Below are positions 14,800 to 26,217 of a stretch of 64,000 nt of DNA, in pieces. The position numbers and the translations under genes were made by a program. Under the pieces are notes generated by a model. The model searched no databases. It saw only the letters and a list, made by a program, of their open reading frames with translations, and was not told the DNA's origin. This DNA is from an uncultured Chloroflexia bacterium (GTDB lineage Bacteria; Chloroflexota; Limnocylindria; Limnocylindrales; CSP1-4): the NCBI GenBank assembly GCA_963750125.1, contig CAVVPT010000026.1, positions 22,059 through 86,058 on the forward strand, written 5' to 3'. Positions within the stretch are counted from its first letter, which is position 1. Each line of letters opens with the position of its first letter.

Positions 14800-17730
14800 A
14801 TGGCAGTCGCGAACACCAGGCGACGCTCTGCACGGCGTGTCCCGAACGCGAGCCAGACGGCTACCGACAGCGGTGATCGGCATCGCGATCGTGGCGCTAT
14901 CGGTCACCCCGAGTGTCGCTGCATCGACGACGCAGCCGGCACCGCTCACGGACGATGGCCCCCAACTCCAGGCCCTGGTCGGCGATCCGGCCGAGCTCGA
15001 CGCCACCTTCGGGACCGGCGGCAAGGTCATGACGAACACCGGCGGTCACCGCGCATTCGCCGTGGCCCTCCAATCGGACGGCAAGATCGTCGTCGCGGGC
15101 GAAGGGAACAACGACGTTGCCTTCGGCTTCGCGCGCTACACGACCACCGGATCACCTCGACCCTCGTTCGACGGGGACGGCATCGCGAACGTCGACGTCG
15201 GTTTCTCGACGTCGCCGTGGACATGGCCATCCAGTCCGACGGCAAGATCGTGGTCGTCGGGCCGAACTCGCCCGACGGTTTCTGCTGCGCTGCTGCAATT
15301 GTGCGGCTGAAGAGTACGGGACCCCCGACAGCACGTTCGATTCGGACGGGGTCGTGACGACCGGGCTCGGCGGCAGCCTGTCTCGACGCCAGCGCGGTCG
15401 CGCATCCAGACCGACGGCAAGATCTCGTGGCGGCGGCGGTCCGGCGGTGGAGCGGGACGTTCACGATCGGCAGGTTCACGACGACCGGCGCGCTCGACTC
15501 GACCTTCGGCACGGCAGGCTACGCGACGACCGACGGACGGCATCTCATCGACGACTCGAGGACATCGCGATCCAGCCCGACGGAAAGATCGTCGCGGTCG
15601 GCCGGGCGAACAACGATTTCGGAGTTGTCCGGTTCACCAGCGGCGGAGTCCTCGACACCACGTTCGACGGCGACGGCATCGTCATGACCGACTTCGGGAC
15701 GGCTTCCGACAAGGCCGCGGCCGTTGCACTCCAGGGCGACGGCAAGCTCGTGGTCGCCGGGACCGGGAACGACCGGTTCGCAGTGGCGAGATACACGACC
15801 GCCGGAGTGCTCGACGCGACATTCGATGGCGACGGCAAAGTCACGACGACGATCCTCGGTCAAGGAACACCGAGCGCGCCGCAGACGTCGCGATCCAGTC
15901 CGACGGCAAGATTGTCGCGGTCGGGACGGGCATTCGACGAGCCACGACTTCGAGTACGCGATCGTCCGATTCGACACCGACGGCTGGCTCAACGGCCGGA
16001 TGATCACGGACTTCGCGGATCCGGCCGACGACGGGCCCATGGCGTCGCGATCCAGGGCGATGGGCGGATCGTTGTCGTCGGCGGAGCCCAATCCTGTAGT
16101 TCGGATTCGTGCGCGTGGACGTTGGCCCGCTACACGAGCGTGACGCCGATCAGGACGCTCGCCGCGTCACCATCCTCGTCGTCGACTTCGGGTCGGTGAC
16201 GGTGGGTGCCGCACCCGGCTCGGCGAGTGTCACCGTCACCAACACGGGCAGCGTCACGCTCGAGATCTCGCTCGCGGAGATCACGGGAACGGCGGCCGGC
16301 GTGTCGATCACCGCGGACACCTGTACGGGCTATCGATCGCACCCAAGGCAACGTGCACGGTCGGCCTCTCGTATGCGCCGCCCTCGCCGGCGACGCTGGC
16401 CGCCCAACTCGCCATCGACAGCGACGCCGACGTCTCACCGCTGGTCGTGCCGCTCCAGGGCACAGCCGTCGCGCCAACGAGTGGCGTCACATGGGGTTCG
16501 AACAACAAGGCCGGCCCTGCCTACACGTGGAACGGCGGCGGAGCGCTGGCGCGCACGGTCCAGTCAGGATCGCAACGCCTGCACGTCGCATACGCGACGG
16601 ACCGCGTCGGCGGCGCGTGGGCCGATAACAACGGGCCATATGTCGGCGTGTACTACGTCCGCAGCTCGACCGGCGCGACCTGGTCGTCGACACCCAAGCG
16701 CGTCAATTCCTCGTCACAGCACGCAGCGCGGTTAGGGCTCGCCGCCGCGGGCTCGCGTGTCTACGCGACGTGGGTCAGCCAGACGAAGTGGGTTCATTAC
16801 TCGCCGACGGCCCCGCGGGTGCTGTACGTCCGCGTCAACACGAACCATGGCAGCTCAACCGCGTGGAAAAGCGCGATCAGGCTTTCGTCGACGAGCCGTC
16901 GTGTCGACTACCCGACGATCGCTGCCACCGGCGACGACGTGTACATCGCGTACACCGACGGGACGACCGGTGAGATTCGGTTCGCGCGGTCAAACGATCG
17001 CGGGGCGAACTGGACAAAGGCCGCGATCGGGACCTCGACTGTCTCCACTTCGGAGGGTCGGAGCGGCTTGCCCTCGGTCGCCGCAAATGGCTCCACGGTG
17101 GTCGTCGCGTGGGTCGCGGACAGCGCCGGCACCGTGAAGGCCCGGGTATCGAGCAACCGCGGTTCGACCTGGGGTACGGCGGTCACGGTCGGCAGCCAGA
17201 GCAATGGGTATGCCAGCGCCGCGGTCCTCGGGAGCCGCGTCGCCATCGCCTGGACGACGGCCGACGACGTCGTCGTCCGGCAGGCGAACTCTGGAACCTG
17301 GGGGACGGCCAAGGTCGTCGAGAGCCTGACGCCTGGCGGGGCGCCGCTGCCGTACGCACCCCAGGTCGTGCTGAGTGGGACGAGCGGAATCGCGGTTGCA
17401 TGGTCGGTTACGGGGCCGAGCCATACCGCCGACCTCCGATGGGCCAAATCGGCAGACGGCGGCGCTGTCTGGTTTGCCCCGCAGATCCTCGCGACCGGCG
17501 GCACGTCGGCACGACGGCTCAACGACTGGCCGTCGGTCGTCTGGCCGAGCGCCGGGACGCGCTACATCGTGTGGAACGGCTGGCGGCTCAACAGCTTCAA
17601 TTACCGGCTCTACCTGCGGAAGGGTTCGGGCGCTCCGTCGGGAATCACCACGGCGGCGCCCGATTGGCAGCCGACATCTTCCACGGAACGAACGGTGAAC
17701 GTTGACGTGCAGGACCGGCGTCGTGATTGA
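14800..17730 (+). CDS. Large secreted protein: delta-60 repeats, Ig-like (ASH) domain and BNR/sialidase-like propeller; many frameshifts
   Basis: Repeated ALQSDGKIVVAG / LDTTFDGDG units, VDFGSV..VTVTNTGS and SNDRGANW / SSNRGSTW Asp-boxes. Confidence 0.78.
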
Positions 17731-17747
17731 CGCCGCTCCTCAAGGCT

Positions 17748-18186
17748 TCAGCTGAGCGGCTCGGCCAGCGCGACGATGATGCCCTCGGGACCGCGGACGT
17801 AGCAGAGCCGGTAGCTGTCCTCGTACTGCACCACCTCGCCGACGAGCTCGGCGCCGATGGCCTGCAGGCGGGCAACGACGTCCTCGATGTCGTCGACGGC
17901 GAACATGATGCGACCCATGCCCAGCGTGTTCACCGGTGCGTTCGGCTCCGCCGCTGGCCGCCGGCGGCGTGTGGAACTTGGTCAGCTCGAGCCGGCTGTG
18001 GCCGTCCGGCGTCCGCATCATCGCGATGTCGCTTCGGACGCCGTCGAGCCCGACGATGCGGTCCACCCACGCTCCCTCGACGGTCGTCTCGCCCTCCAGC
18101 TCCAGGCCAAGCTCGACAAAGAACGCGATCGCAGCCTCGAGGTCGTCGACCACGATGCCGACATTGTCCATCCGCAGAACCGTCAT
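17748..18186 (-). CDS. VOC/glyoxalase family protein; frameshift near 17950
   Basis: RMDNVGIVVDDLEAAIAFF...RLELTKFH...IMFAVDDI...YVRGPEGIIVALAE. Confidence 0.88.
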
Positions 18187-18259
18187 ATCCTCGAGTCACC
18201 CCTTTTGCATTCGATGAGCACGGACTCATCTTGCCGTTTTTCCGGCGCACAATCCGCGG

Positions 18260-18495
18260 ATGATCCCCGAGACTCGCTACGCGAGAAGCCCGATGGCGTG
18301 CACATCGCGTACCAGGTCCTGGACAATTCGCCGCTGGACCTCGTCCTGGCGCCCGGCTTCGTGTCCCACCTGGAGCATTCCTGGGACGACCCCGCCCTCG
18401 CGCGGTTCCTTCGACAGCTGGCTTCGTTTGCCAGGCTGATCGTCTTCGACAAGCGCGGGACAGTGGCGACGGCTCGGGCCATTCGACTCTGGTGA
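18260..18495 (+). pseudogene. Truncated alpha/beta-hydrolase N-terminal fragment (LipJ/cyclase-type)
   Basis: MIPETRYA..GVHIAYQV..LDLVLAPGFVSHLE..LIVFDKRGT, then abrupt loss of homology. Confidence 0.7.
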
Positions 18496-18565
18496 AGCCA
18501 ACTCAGAAGCGGTAGAAGGGAGACCGATCGCGATTCCGGCGGATCGATGAGAGGAAAGGCGTGAG

Positions 18566-18739
18566 ATGGACGACCTCATCAAGGAACTGGTTGATCGGGC
18601 CGGGTTGTCGGAGGAACAGGCGAAGGCGGCAGCCGAAGTCGTTGTCGAATGGGTGAAGGACGAGGACAAGCGCAAGAAGATCCTGACTGCCGCTGTTGCG
18701 ACGACGATCGCGTCGGCCGTGGTCACCGGCGCAATCTGA
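18566..18739 (+). CDS. Small hypothetical protein (57 aa), absent from the ORF track
   Basis: MDDLIKELVDRAGLSEEQAKAAAEVVVEWVKD...; GAGGAAAGG RBS; GC3-rich codons. Confidence 0.75.
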   Translation: MDDLIKELVDRAGLSEEQAKAAAEVVVEWVKDEDKRKKILTAAVATTIASAVVTGAI

Positions 18740-18784
18740 CGTACGGCACGCGCGACCTCGGCCTCGGGCCGGGGACGAACATGA

Positions 18785-18821
18785 AAGAGCCGGGCCCGGA
18801 GAATTCGGGGACCCGGCTCTT
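18785..18821. terminator. Hairpin terminator between convergent genes
   Basis: AAGAGCCGGG...CCCGGCTCTT inverted repeat. Confidence 0.7.
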
Positions 18822-18842
18822 CTGATGCCGTGGTGTGGCCTG

Positions 18843-19517
18843 TCAGTCGACGTACTGGAGCGGCGTCACCTTGAAGTCGGCCGGCAGCGTCACGCCGGTC
18901 GAGTGGTTCGGGCAGTAGCCGTTCGGCACCTTGTCGAGGTACTGCTGGTGGTAGTCCTCGGCGTAGAAGAACGGCGTGCGCTCGGTGATCTCGGTCATGA
19001 TCTCGCCGTAGCCGGCCTTGGTAAGCATTTCCTGGTAGGCGTCGCGTGACATCTCGGCGATGCGTCGCTCCTCGTCGTTCGACACCTGGATCAGCGAGCG
19101 GTACTGGGTCCCGACGTCGTTGCCCTGGCGCATGGCCTGGGTCGGGTCGTGCGACTCCCAGAACACCCTCAGCAGGTCCTGGTAGCTGACCCGTGACGGG
19201 TCGTAGGCGACGAGCACGGCCTCGGCGTGGCCGGTCTGACCGGTGCACACCTCGCGATAGGTCGGGTTCGGGGTGTAACCGCCCACATAGCCGACAGCCG
19301 TGGTGATAACGCCGGGGAGCTGCCAGTAGTCCTTCTCGGCGCCCCAGAAACAGCCGAACGCGAAGACCGCCGTTCGTGTGCCGTCGGGCCACGGTCCGCC
19401 GAGCGGCGTGCCCAGGACACTGTGCGTGCCGGGCTTCTCAATGGGGTCATTGCGGCCGGGGAGTGCCCGGTTCGGGTCCGGCATCTTGGCAGGCCGGAAG
19501 TAGTCGAAAACGCTCAT
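18843..19517 (-). CDS. msrA: Peptide-methionine (S)-S-oxide reductase
   Basis: [26 protein letters not shown] and [10 protein letters not shown]. Confidence 0.97.
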   Translation of the reverse strand: MSVFDYFRPAKMPDPNRALPGRNDPIEKPGTHSVLGTPLGGPWPDGTRTAVFAFGCFWGAEKDYWQLPGVITTAVGYVGGYTPNPTYREVCTGQTGHAEAVLVAYDPSRVSYQDLLRVFWESHDPTQAMRQGNDVGTQYRSLIQVSNDEERRIAEMSRDAYQEMLTKAGYGEIMTEITERTPFFYAEDYHQQYLDKVPNGYCPNHSTGVTLPADFKVTPLQYVD

Positions 19518-19523
19518 GCCGAA

Positions 19524-19555
19524 ATTCTAGGCCGGATGTGTGACGGAGCAGTGAC
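19524..19555 (-). promoter_or_regulatory. msrA promoter: GTCAC-N6-GTCAC direct repeat, -10 box, leaderless start
   Basis: Minus strand reads GTCAC tgctcc GTCAC-N10-TAGAAT-N6-ATG. Confidence 0.6.
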
Positions 19556-19633
19556 GGGGCGGGTACATTGATGTCCGACGACCGAGCCCCGGCATCGCGG
19601 CCGGGGCTCGAGAACGCCACGAGCGACCGCGCC

Positions 19634-20924
19634 TCAGGGCGCCAGGCGCTGCCAGTCGAGGGCCGAGCCAGATTCCCACGGGACGGTGCTGTAGTCACCG
19701 CTCTCTGGATCGATCAGGTACGCCGAAGGAGTCGAGCCGTCCTCCGGCATCATCAGGATCTTCGACGAGTCGGGCGCCCACAACCACGGGAAGAAGTCAC
19801 TCATCGAGGGACCGATGCCAAACGACGGCCCACTTTCGTCGGCCGGGGCGACCCGGATCTGCTGCCTCCCTGAGTTCCCGAGGACGGACCAATACGCCAC
19901 CCATCGGCCGTCGGGCGAGACGGTCGGCACGCCGGTCCATGCTGTCTGGGTCGCTCCCTCGAAAGCGTGTGGATCCGAGCCGTCCGCGTTCACCACCCAC
20001 AGCTGGCAGCACCCCTCCGTACGGCCGGCGCCTGCCGGCGTGTAGCTCTGATAGAAGAGCCGCTGCCCGTCGGGGGAGAAGGCCATGTTGTTGGCGTGGT
20101 TACCCATGTCGAGCGAGACGTTCGGCTCCAGGAGCGTTCGCATGGCCCGTCCCGTCGGCGTTGATCACATACACCCCGTACTTGCCGTTGACGATCGCCC
20201 GAAACGCGATCTCCTGCCCGTTTGGCGGGCGGAACGCAGGGCTGCTCACGTCCATGTCCGGCACCAGCTGGCGCGGCGCCTCGCTGCCTTCGACATCGAC
20301 GAGCTCCAGACGACCGTGTCCATCCACCCCATGGATCACCGCCAGGTACCTGCTGTCCGCCGCCCAATTGGCCCAGGTCTCGTCCGCGACGAGCGGCTCC
20401 GATGTGACCTTGAACAGACCCGATCCATCCGCGTTGACCACAACGATGTCGACGGTCTTCGGACAACAGCCGGCATCCCGGAAGAACGCGACCCGGGTGC
20501 CGTCGTAGGAGTAGCCCGGCGCGCTGTCGAGTTCTGGGCCGCCGACCAGCAACCTGGATGCGCCGGTCATGGGATCGCCGATGTACAGGTCGCCGTCGGA
20601 GTCGTACACGATCTCACCGTTGCGGGCCGGCCCGAAGGGCGGCGCGACCTTGCGCTGCGAGCCGGCCACCAACAGTGCAGCGAGGACAAGGGCGATCAAC
20701 ACGAGGGCGAGCACGATCAATCGCCACGGTGGAGCGGGCGCGAATGCCCGCGTGCGAGCGATGTCAGCCACTGGGAGCCACCTTTCGGGGAACGTCCAGC
20801 CGGGCCGCTGCCGCATGCGGCCGGTCCGTGCAAAGACGTCATCGAGATACTCAGGGGCGGGTCCCGCCGACAGGTCGTCGAGGATGCCCGGCAGGTTGCG
20901 CTCGTAGCGCGTCGAGGCGGTCAT
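19634..20924 (-). CDS. Membrane-anchored TolB-like/PD40 beta-propeller, putative anti-sigma factor; frameshift near 20145
   Basis: Short cytoplasmic N-terminus, one TM helix and repeated FSPDG/WAPD motifs. Overlaps the ECF sigma stop. Confidence 0.75.
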
Positions 20925-21481
20925 GCCACCTGCCCTCCCGGGATTGGCGACGGCGACGGGGGTTCGGTCTCGACCGCGATCCGCATCTCGCGCAGGGCGC
21001 GATGCAGCCGCGACTTGACCGTGCCGAGCGGGATGCCGAGCGTCGCCGCGACGTCGGTCAACGGCATCCCGAGGAAGTAGTGCAGGACGACGATTGCCCG
21101 GCTCGACTCGTCCAGGCGACGCATCGCGGCATCGACGATCTCGCGATCGGCGACGGCCCCGACGTGGTCGCCGCCGGTGGGCGCATCGATCGGGTCGAGC
21201 TCTACCTCGATGACGCGTCGGCGGCGATGCCGTGCGATGTCGAGGCAGGCGTTGACGGTCAGGCGATGGAGCCAGGCGTCGAACCGATCGGGGTCACGCA
21301 ACACCCGAAGGTCGCGCCAGGCTCGGATGAGCGCCTCCTGGACCGCGTCGCGGGCCAGCTCCGGGTCCCGGAGGATGAGGCGGGCGGCACGGTCCAGCCG
21401 CGTGCTGGCATCGCGGGCAAGCACGGTGAAGGCGTCATGATCGCCGCCACGCGCTCGCTCTACGACACCTCGCTGGTCCAC
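20921..21481 (-). CDS. ECF RNA polymerase sigma factor
   Basis: DAVQEALIRAW, FDAWLHRLTVNAC and LGIPLGTVKSRLHRA. Confidence 0.92.
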   Translation of the reverse strand: MDQRGVVERARGGDHDAFTVLARDASTRLDRAARLILRDPELARDAVQEALIRAWRDLRVLRDPDRFDAWLHRLTVNACLDIARHRRRRVIEVELDPIDAPTGGDHVGAVADREIVDAAMRRLDESSRAIVVLHYFLGMPLTDVAATLGIPLGTVKSRLHRALREMRIAVETEPPSPSPIPGGQVA

Positions 21482-21587
21482 GGTCGCCTCGGATTCGGCA
21501 CGCCAGGGTGGTCGTGCTCGACGGGTATGGCGTCGGGATCGCCGTTTCGGTTCTCGCGAACTGTAGTGCGGCCGGGAAGAGCCGCCT

Positions 21588-22430
21588 TCAGGTAATCGAG
21601 AGCCAGCCCGCACGCATCGCGGCCGCGACCGCCTGCCCGCGGCGTCGCGCGCCGAGCGTCCGCATCGCTGCCGTCAGGTGGTTCTTGACGGTCTGACGGC
21701 TGATGTGGAGGCGCTGCGCGATCTCTTCGTTGCTCATGCCCTTCGCGACGAGCCGCAGGATCTCGAGCTGGCGGGGGCTGACGCGTCCCTTCCGCTCCGG
21801 TCGCGCGGCCCCGCGGATCGCCAGCTCGCGGTACGCGCCGGCCACGCGCTGCGCGACGGCGGGCCGCCCAGCGACGGTCTCGATCAGCGGGTCCTCGCCT
21901 TCGGCCACGCGACGGATCGCGTCCACGAGCTCGCCCGGCCCGTCGTCGTCGGCAACGTGCGCGCTGGCCCCCGCCTGCACCGCGCGGAAGACCGCCTCGT
22001 CGTCGGCAGCACCGCCGATGATCACGAGCGCGCTGTCGGGCGTCTGCCGCCGAAGCAGGCGGGTGGCTTCGACCGCTGCGGAGTCGGGCAGGTCGACATC
22101 GACGATGAGGATGTCAGGCGCCTCGTGGGCGGAGACGTTGGCTGCCTCTTCGGTGGTTCGCACGGACGCGACGACTTCGAAATCGTCTTCTCGCTCGAGC
22201 ATCTCCCGGACGGCAGCGCCGTGGATCGGGCGTGGCTCGACCAGCACCAGCCGAATCGGCCCCGGGTCGACGTCGTCATCTCCGGTTTCGCCTGCCGGCG
22301 TCAGCGCGATGTCGTGAGCCCCCCTGTTCGAATCCGGGCGCACGTCGTCCTGGTCATCGGGCGGTGTCGACTCGGCGAAGGGTGAGCGACGAGGGGTGGC
22401 CGAGACCCGTGCGGGCGCCCGGGTCGGCAT
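21588..22430 (-). CDS. NarL/LuxR family response regulator (start uncertain)
   Basis: REC domain (PDILIVDVDLP) plus LuxR HTH (SPRQLEIL..GMSNEEIA..TVKNH). Confidence 0.85.
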   Translation of the reverse strand: MPTRAPARVSATPRRSPFAESTPPDDQDDVRPDSNRGAHDIALTPAGETGDDDVDPGPIRLVLVEPRPIHGAAVREMLEREDDFEVVASVRTTEEAANVSAHEAPDILIVDVDLPDSAAVEATRLLRRQTPDSALVIIGGAADDEAVFRAVQAGASAHVADDDGPGELVDAIRRVAEGEDPLIETVAGRPAVAQRVAGAYRELAIRGAARPERKGRVSPRQLEILRLVAKGMSNEEIAQRLHISRQTVKNHLTAAMRTLGARRRGQAVAAAMRAGWLSIT

Positions 22431-22500
22431 CGCATCTGCATCGCATCGCCGTTCGGAAGCCCCGCTACCCATCCTGTCGCGCGTCTGCCACAGTCGCGCG

Positions 22501-23292
22501 ATGCGCCTTGCCGTGAACGTCGATCTCTTGTTCGAGGAGCTGCCTTACCTGGAGCGCTTCGTGGCCGTCCGGGCGGCCGGGTTCGACGCCGTCGAGTTCG
22601 CGTGGCCCAACGAGCCAGTCGAGGACGTTGCCCGGGCCGTCAAAGTGGCGGGGCTGGGCGTCGCGCTGATCGGCGTGCCTGCCGGCGCTCAGGCCGTCGG
22701 CCACGTCGGGGACGCGAACGATCCGGCTGCGCGCGATCGCTGGCGCTCGCAGTTCGAGGCGGCAATGCAGCTCGCCGACGATGTCGGCTGCTCGACGCTG
22801 AGCGTCTTTGCCGGCAGCCGGGTGGCCGGCGTGTCGATGGTGGTCCAGCTGAACACGTTCCGCGACAACCTCGCGTGGGCGCTGCCCCTGGCGGCAGCGG
22901 CCGGCCGGACACTCACCCTCGAGCTGCTGAACCCCGACGACGCACCCCGCTACCTGCTCACGGACCCAGTCCGGATCCGCGCGTTGCTCGAGGCAGTCGG
23001 AGATCCGGCACTACGCCTGCTGTTCGACACATACCACTTCGGGCGCCTCGTGCCGGATGTCCCGGCAAGCTTCAGCGAGCTGGCAACGCTGGTCGGCCAC
23101 GTCGACGTCGCAGACGTGCCAGACCACCACGAACCCGGGACCGGTGCCATCGAGTGGGCGGCCTTCATTACCGCAATGGCCGACGGCGCGTACGACGGGT
23201 CGGTTGGTCTCCGGTACGAGCCGAGCGCGGGGTCGTTCGAGGGTCTCGGCTGGATCGAGGACTACGGGCTCGAGCGCTCGAAGTCGTCCTGA
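22501..23292 (+). CDS. Hydroxypyruvate isomerase (Hyi) family TIM barrel
   Basis: AAGFDAVEF, LELLN, LFDTYH and ADVPDHHEPGTG. Confidence 0.85.
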   Translation: MRLAVNVDLLFEELPYLERFVAVRAAGFDAVEFAWPNEPVEDVARAVKVAGLGVALIGVPAGAQAVGHVGDANDPAARDRWRSQFEAAMQLADDVGCSTLSVFAGSRVAGVSMVVQLNTFRDNLAWALPLAAAAGRTLTLELLNPDDAPRYLLTDPVRIRALLEAVGDPALRLLFDTYHFGRLVPDVPASFSELATLVGHVDVADVPDHHEPGTGAIEWAAFITAMADGAYDGSVGLRYEPSAGSFEGLGWIEDYGLERSKSS

Positions 23293-23308
23293 TCGGCGCC
23301 CGGCGCGA

Positions 23309-23920
23309 TCAACCGTCGACCGGTTGCCACGGGTTGGCCGACAACGTGGCCGGCTGTGCCGGACCGTTGCATGGCGGGACATCGTCGGCGGTCAGGTCGA
23401 GGCCCGGGATCGGGATGCCCGCGGACCCCGAGCGCAACAGGACGTGCAGCGGCAGCGCCGTCCCTTCCTCGCACCAGTTGCTGAACAGGAGCGTGAACGT
23501 GGTCACGCCGCCCGGTTCAAGGATCGGCCCGGGCTCGTCGGCCGGCGGCGGCGGGCTTTCGATGATCGCCGTTCCTGCGGCGTCGAGGAGTGCCACCGAT
23601 GGGCCAGCCGGCAGAGCGCAGGCAGACGATCCACGGTTCTCGACGGAGACCTCGGCGCCGCGCGAGCCGGCCGCGGCATCCCACGCGCCACCGGTCAGGG
23701 CCAGGTCGTCGGGCGAACACGCACCTCCTCCGGCCGCCGTCGCGACCGCGGTTGCACTCGCGGCAGCGGTTGCACTGGCGGCAGCGGTTGCACTGGCGGC
23801 CGGAGTCGCTGCAATGCTCGGGGCGGGGGAGGGGCTCGTGGTGGTCGTCGCGCAGGCGGCGACGATGAGTGCGAGCGAGACGAGGAGCGCGCCGCGGAGG
23901 GCGCGAACCGGGTTGTTCAT
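23309..23920 (-). CDS. DUF4232-like lipoprotein
   Basis: Lipobox VAAC, Ala/Ser/Thr linker and CSPDDL...AAAGSR...N....C.L...P...SNWC. Confidence 0.75.
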   Translation of the reverse strand: MNNPVRALRGALLVSLALIVAACATTTTSPSPAPSIAATPAASATAAASATAAASATAVATAAGGGACSPDDLALTGGAWDAAAGSRGAEVSVENRGSSACALPAGPSVALLDAAGTAIIESPPPPADEPGPILEPGGVTTFTLLFSNWCEEGTALPLHVLLRSGSAGIPIPGLDLTADDVPPCNGPAQPATLSANPWQPVDG

Positions 23921-24043
23921 GTGCGGTCCCCGCAGTAGTCGGAAGTCGGGAGCGCGTCCATCATCCGCCCGTTGGGCAGAAGATGGGGCCGGCCACCGTC
24001 GTGGCAGCCGGCCCCCTTTGCGCGCGATGGATCTGGGCGGCGC

Positions 24044-25372
24044 CTATGGGATGAGCACCTTCGTCAGGTCGGTGCCGTTGTAGCGATCGAGGTCGACACG
24101 TCCGCTGATCCCCGGCACCGAGCCATCCGACGTGTACTGCCAGAAGGTCCAGCTCTCGCCACCCCAGTTCTCAGCGGGAACGCTTGGCGATTTCGCGGTG
24201 GTCCAGTGGGCGATCCACAGCACGTCGTAGCCGTTCTTGGCGAACCAGCTGGAGTTGCCCATCTTGCTACCCCAGAAGCTCGGCGAGACGTAGATGACGG
24301 CACGCACGCCAGTGCGGTCGTGGACGCGCTGGACGAACGCCTTGACCCAGGTCTGGAGCGCAGAAGACGACAGACCCCCCGTGTCCTCGAGGTCGAGCAC
24401 CGGCCGCAGCTCGCCGCTCGTCCAGTCCGCGGTCCTGATGAAGTGGTCCGCTTCGGCGTAGGCGTCCGCGGTCCCGATGTCGGGGCGGGCGAAGTGGTAC
24501 GCCCCAACCTTCAGACCCGCGGCCTTTGCCCGGGATCAATTCGTCGCGTATTTGTCATCGACGAAGCTGGTGTGCTCGGACGCCTTGATGTAAGCGAATT
24601 TCTTGCCGGCCGCGCGGACCTTGGCCCAGTCGATCGTGCCCTGCCAGTGGCTGATGTCGATGCCCTCGAGCCGGTTCGATGTGGTCGAGCCATCCGTGGG
24701 CGGGGGCGGGGTCGACGCTGTCGCCACCTTGAACAGCGATGTGGCCGCGTAGACGTAGGTCACGCGGTACCGCGACGAAACGCTCCTGCCGCTCACGTAG
24801 CCGATCCGGTACCACGACTTGCCCGACTCGGTGTCGCCGGCGCAGGTCGTCGACCAGCTGCCGCCGCTCACACGCAAGACGACGAGGACCGAGGCTCCTT
24901 TGGGGAGCGACCCCTTCTTGGTCGCCGTCGCGCTCGGGCTGACGCGCAGCGACACGCTGTCGCACTTGGCGTATTTCTTGTACAGCGTGTTCTTCGAGAA
25001 CAGCGCCGTGGCCGCATAAACGTATGACACGCCGTATCGGACCTTGGCGCTCCGGCCGTTGACGTTGCTGATCTTGTACCAGCTGTGGCCCTTGTACGAG
25101 CGACCGTTGCAGACGAGGCTCCAGCTACCGCCGCTCACCATCGTGACCGCGTACATCTGGCCGCCGTCGGGCAGCTCGGCCTTCCTGGTGGACTTCGACG
25201 AGGGCTTGGTGCGCAGGTTCGCATCGCACTTCGCGGTGAACGTCGATGCGCCATTTACTGCCGCGGGTGCGGCGAACGAGGCGATGGCGGTCATGGCGGT
25301 CGCCGACAGGAGCGCCGCAAGGGCGAGCGGAAGAAGCATGGCGCGATGCGGGCGGCTGGTGAGCGTCAGCAC
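24044..25372 (-). CDS. Secreted GH25 muramidase with N-terminal SH3-like repeats; frameshift near 24535
   Basis: GIDISHWQG, KASE, GAYHFARP, PVLDLE and WQYTSDG..GISGRVDLD. Two NLR/SLR..P..WY repeats. Confidence 0.88.
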
Positions 25373-25572
25373 GGAACGGGTACCTCTCGATTGGGGTACC
25401 CGAACCGTCCCGCACCGACCCGCTCCGATCCATCACACCATCGGCCCAGTCAGGCCCGGCCCCATGGGACCATGTCCGAGCGGTCCCATCGGGCCATTGC
25501 CCGCCGGCGAGATCGCCATACCCGACAGCCCCGCACCACACGGCAACCCACCGCCGGCGGGCAACGGAAGGG

Positions 25573-26064
25573 CTACTTCAACCAGATGTTGTCGTGCACG
25601 CGGTAGAACTCGGCGAGTTCCCGGGGCCCTGGGCGGCCTGAGCGGGCGAACTCGGCGAGACCCTCGAAATAGCCCTCGCGCGCAGCACCTGGCGAGAAGT
25701 GGATGAGCATCGAAGCCAGCTCACCGGACTCGTTCCTGAAGCCGTGGATCCCGCCCTCGGGGACGTGGACGAAGTCGCCCGGCAGCGTGTCGATCCATCG
25801 CGTGCCGTCGTAGATGCGGATCGTGCCGCTGAGGACGTAAAACAATTCGGTGATCGTACGGTGGAAGTGAGGGTCGGGCCCGCTGCGCTCCGTGCCGAAC
25901 TCCCAGCGGTACAGCCCGAATAACCCGTGGGTCGCCTCGCCAGTGGCAAGGTAGTGAATCGTGTTGCCGTTCGGATAGACGACCTCAGGGGCGTGGTCCG
26001 CGGCGCGGTACGTTGCACTGGCCTCGCCGGTTTCACCGTGGTAGTGCGGTTCGGGATAGGACAT
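25573..26064 (-). CDS. Cupin domain protein
   Basis: PHFHRTITELFYVLSG...GDFVHVPEGGIHGFRN. Confidence 0.88.
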   Translation of the reverse strand: MSYPEPHYHGETGEASATYRAADHAPEVVYPNGNTIHYLATGEATHGLFGLYRWEFGTERSGPDPHFHRTITELFYVLSGTIRIYDGTRWIDTLPGDFVHVPEGGIHGFRNESGELASMLIHFSPGAAREGYFEGLAEFARSGRPGPRELAEFYRVHDNIWLK

Positions 26065-26139
26065 GACGACTCCCTTCGGGCGCGACGACAGGCGGGAATC
26101 CGTCGATGATGCAGTCTGAGGGCCGCGCCTGCATCCAGA

Positions 26140-26166
26140 TGTCGAAACCGCGTTTCCAGCTCCGAC
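26140..26166 (+). promoter_or_regulatory. Putative ECF42-type promoter
   Basis: TGTCGA-N17-CGAC upstream of the hydrolase-YciI-ECF operon, matching the described ECF42 -35/-10 elements. Confidence 0.6.
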
Positions 26167-26217
26167 CCCTGTTCGAACGGCCCGCTGCGGGACCTGCAGA
26201 CGACGAGGAGAACCCCG

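Noticed and set aside
23745-23800. 18-bp tandem repeats in the DUF4232 gene
   Set aside because: They encode an ordinary TAAASA linker.
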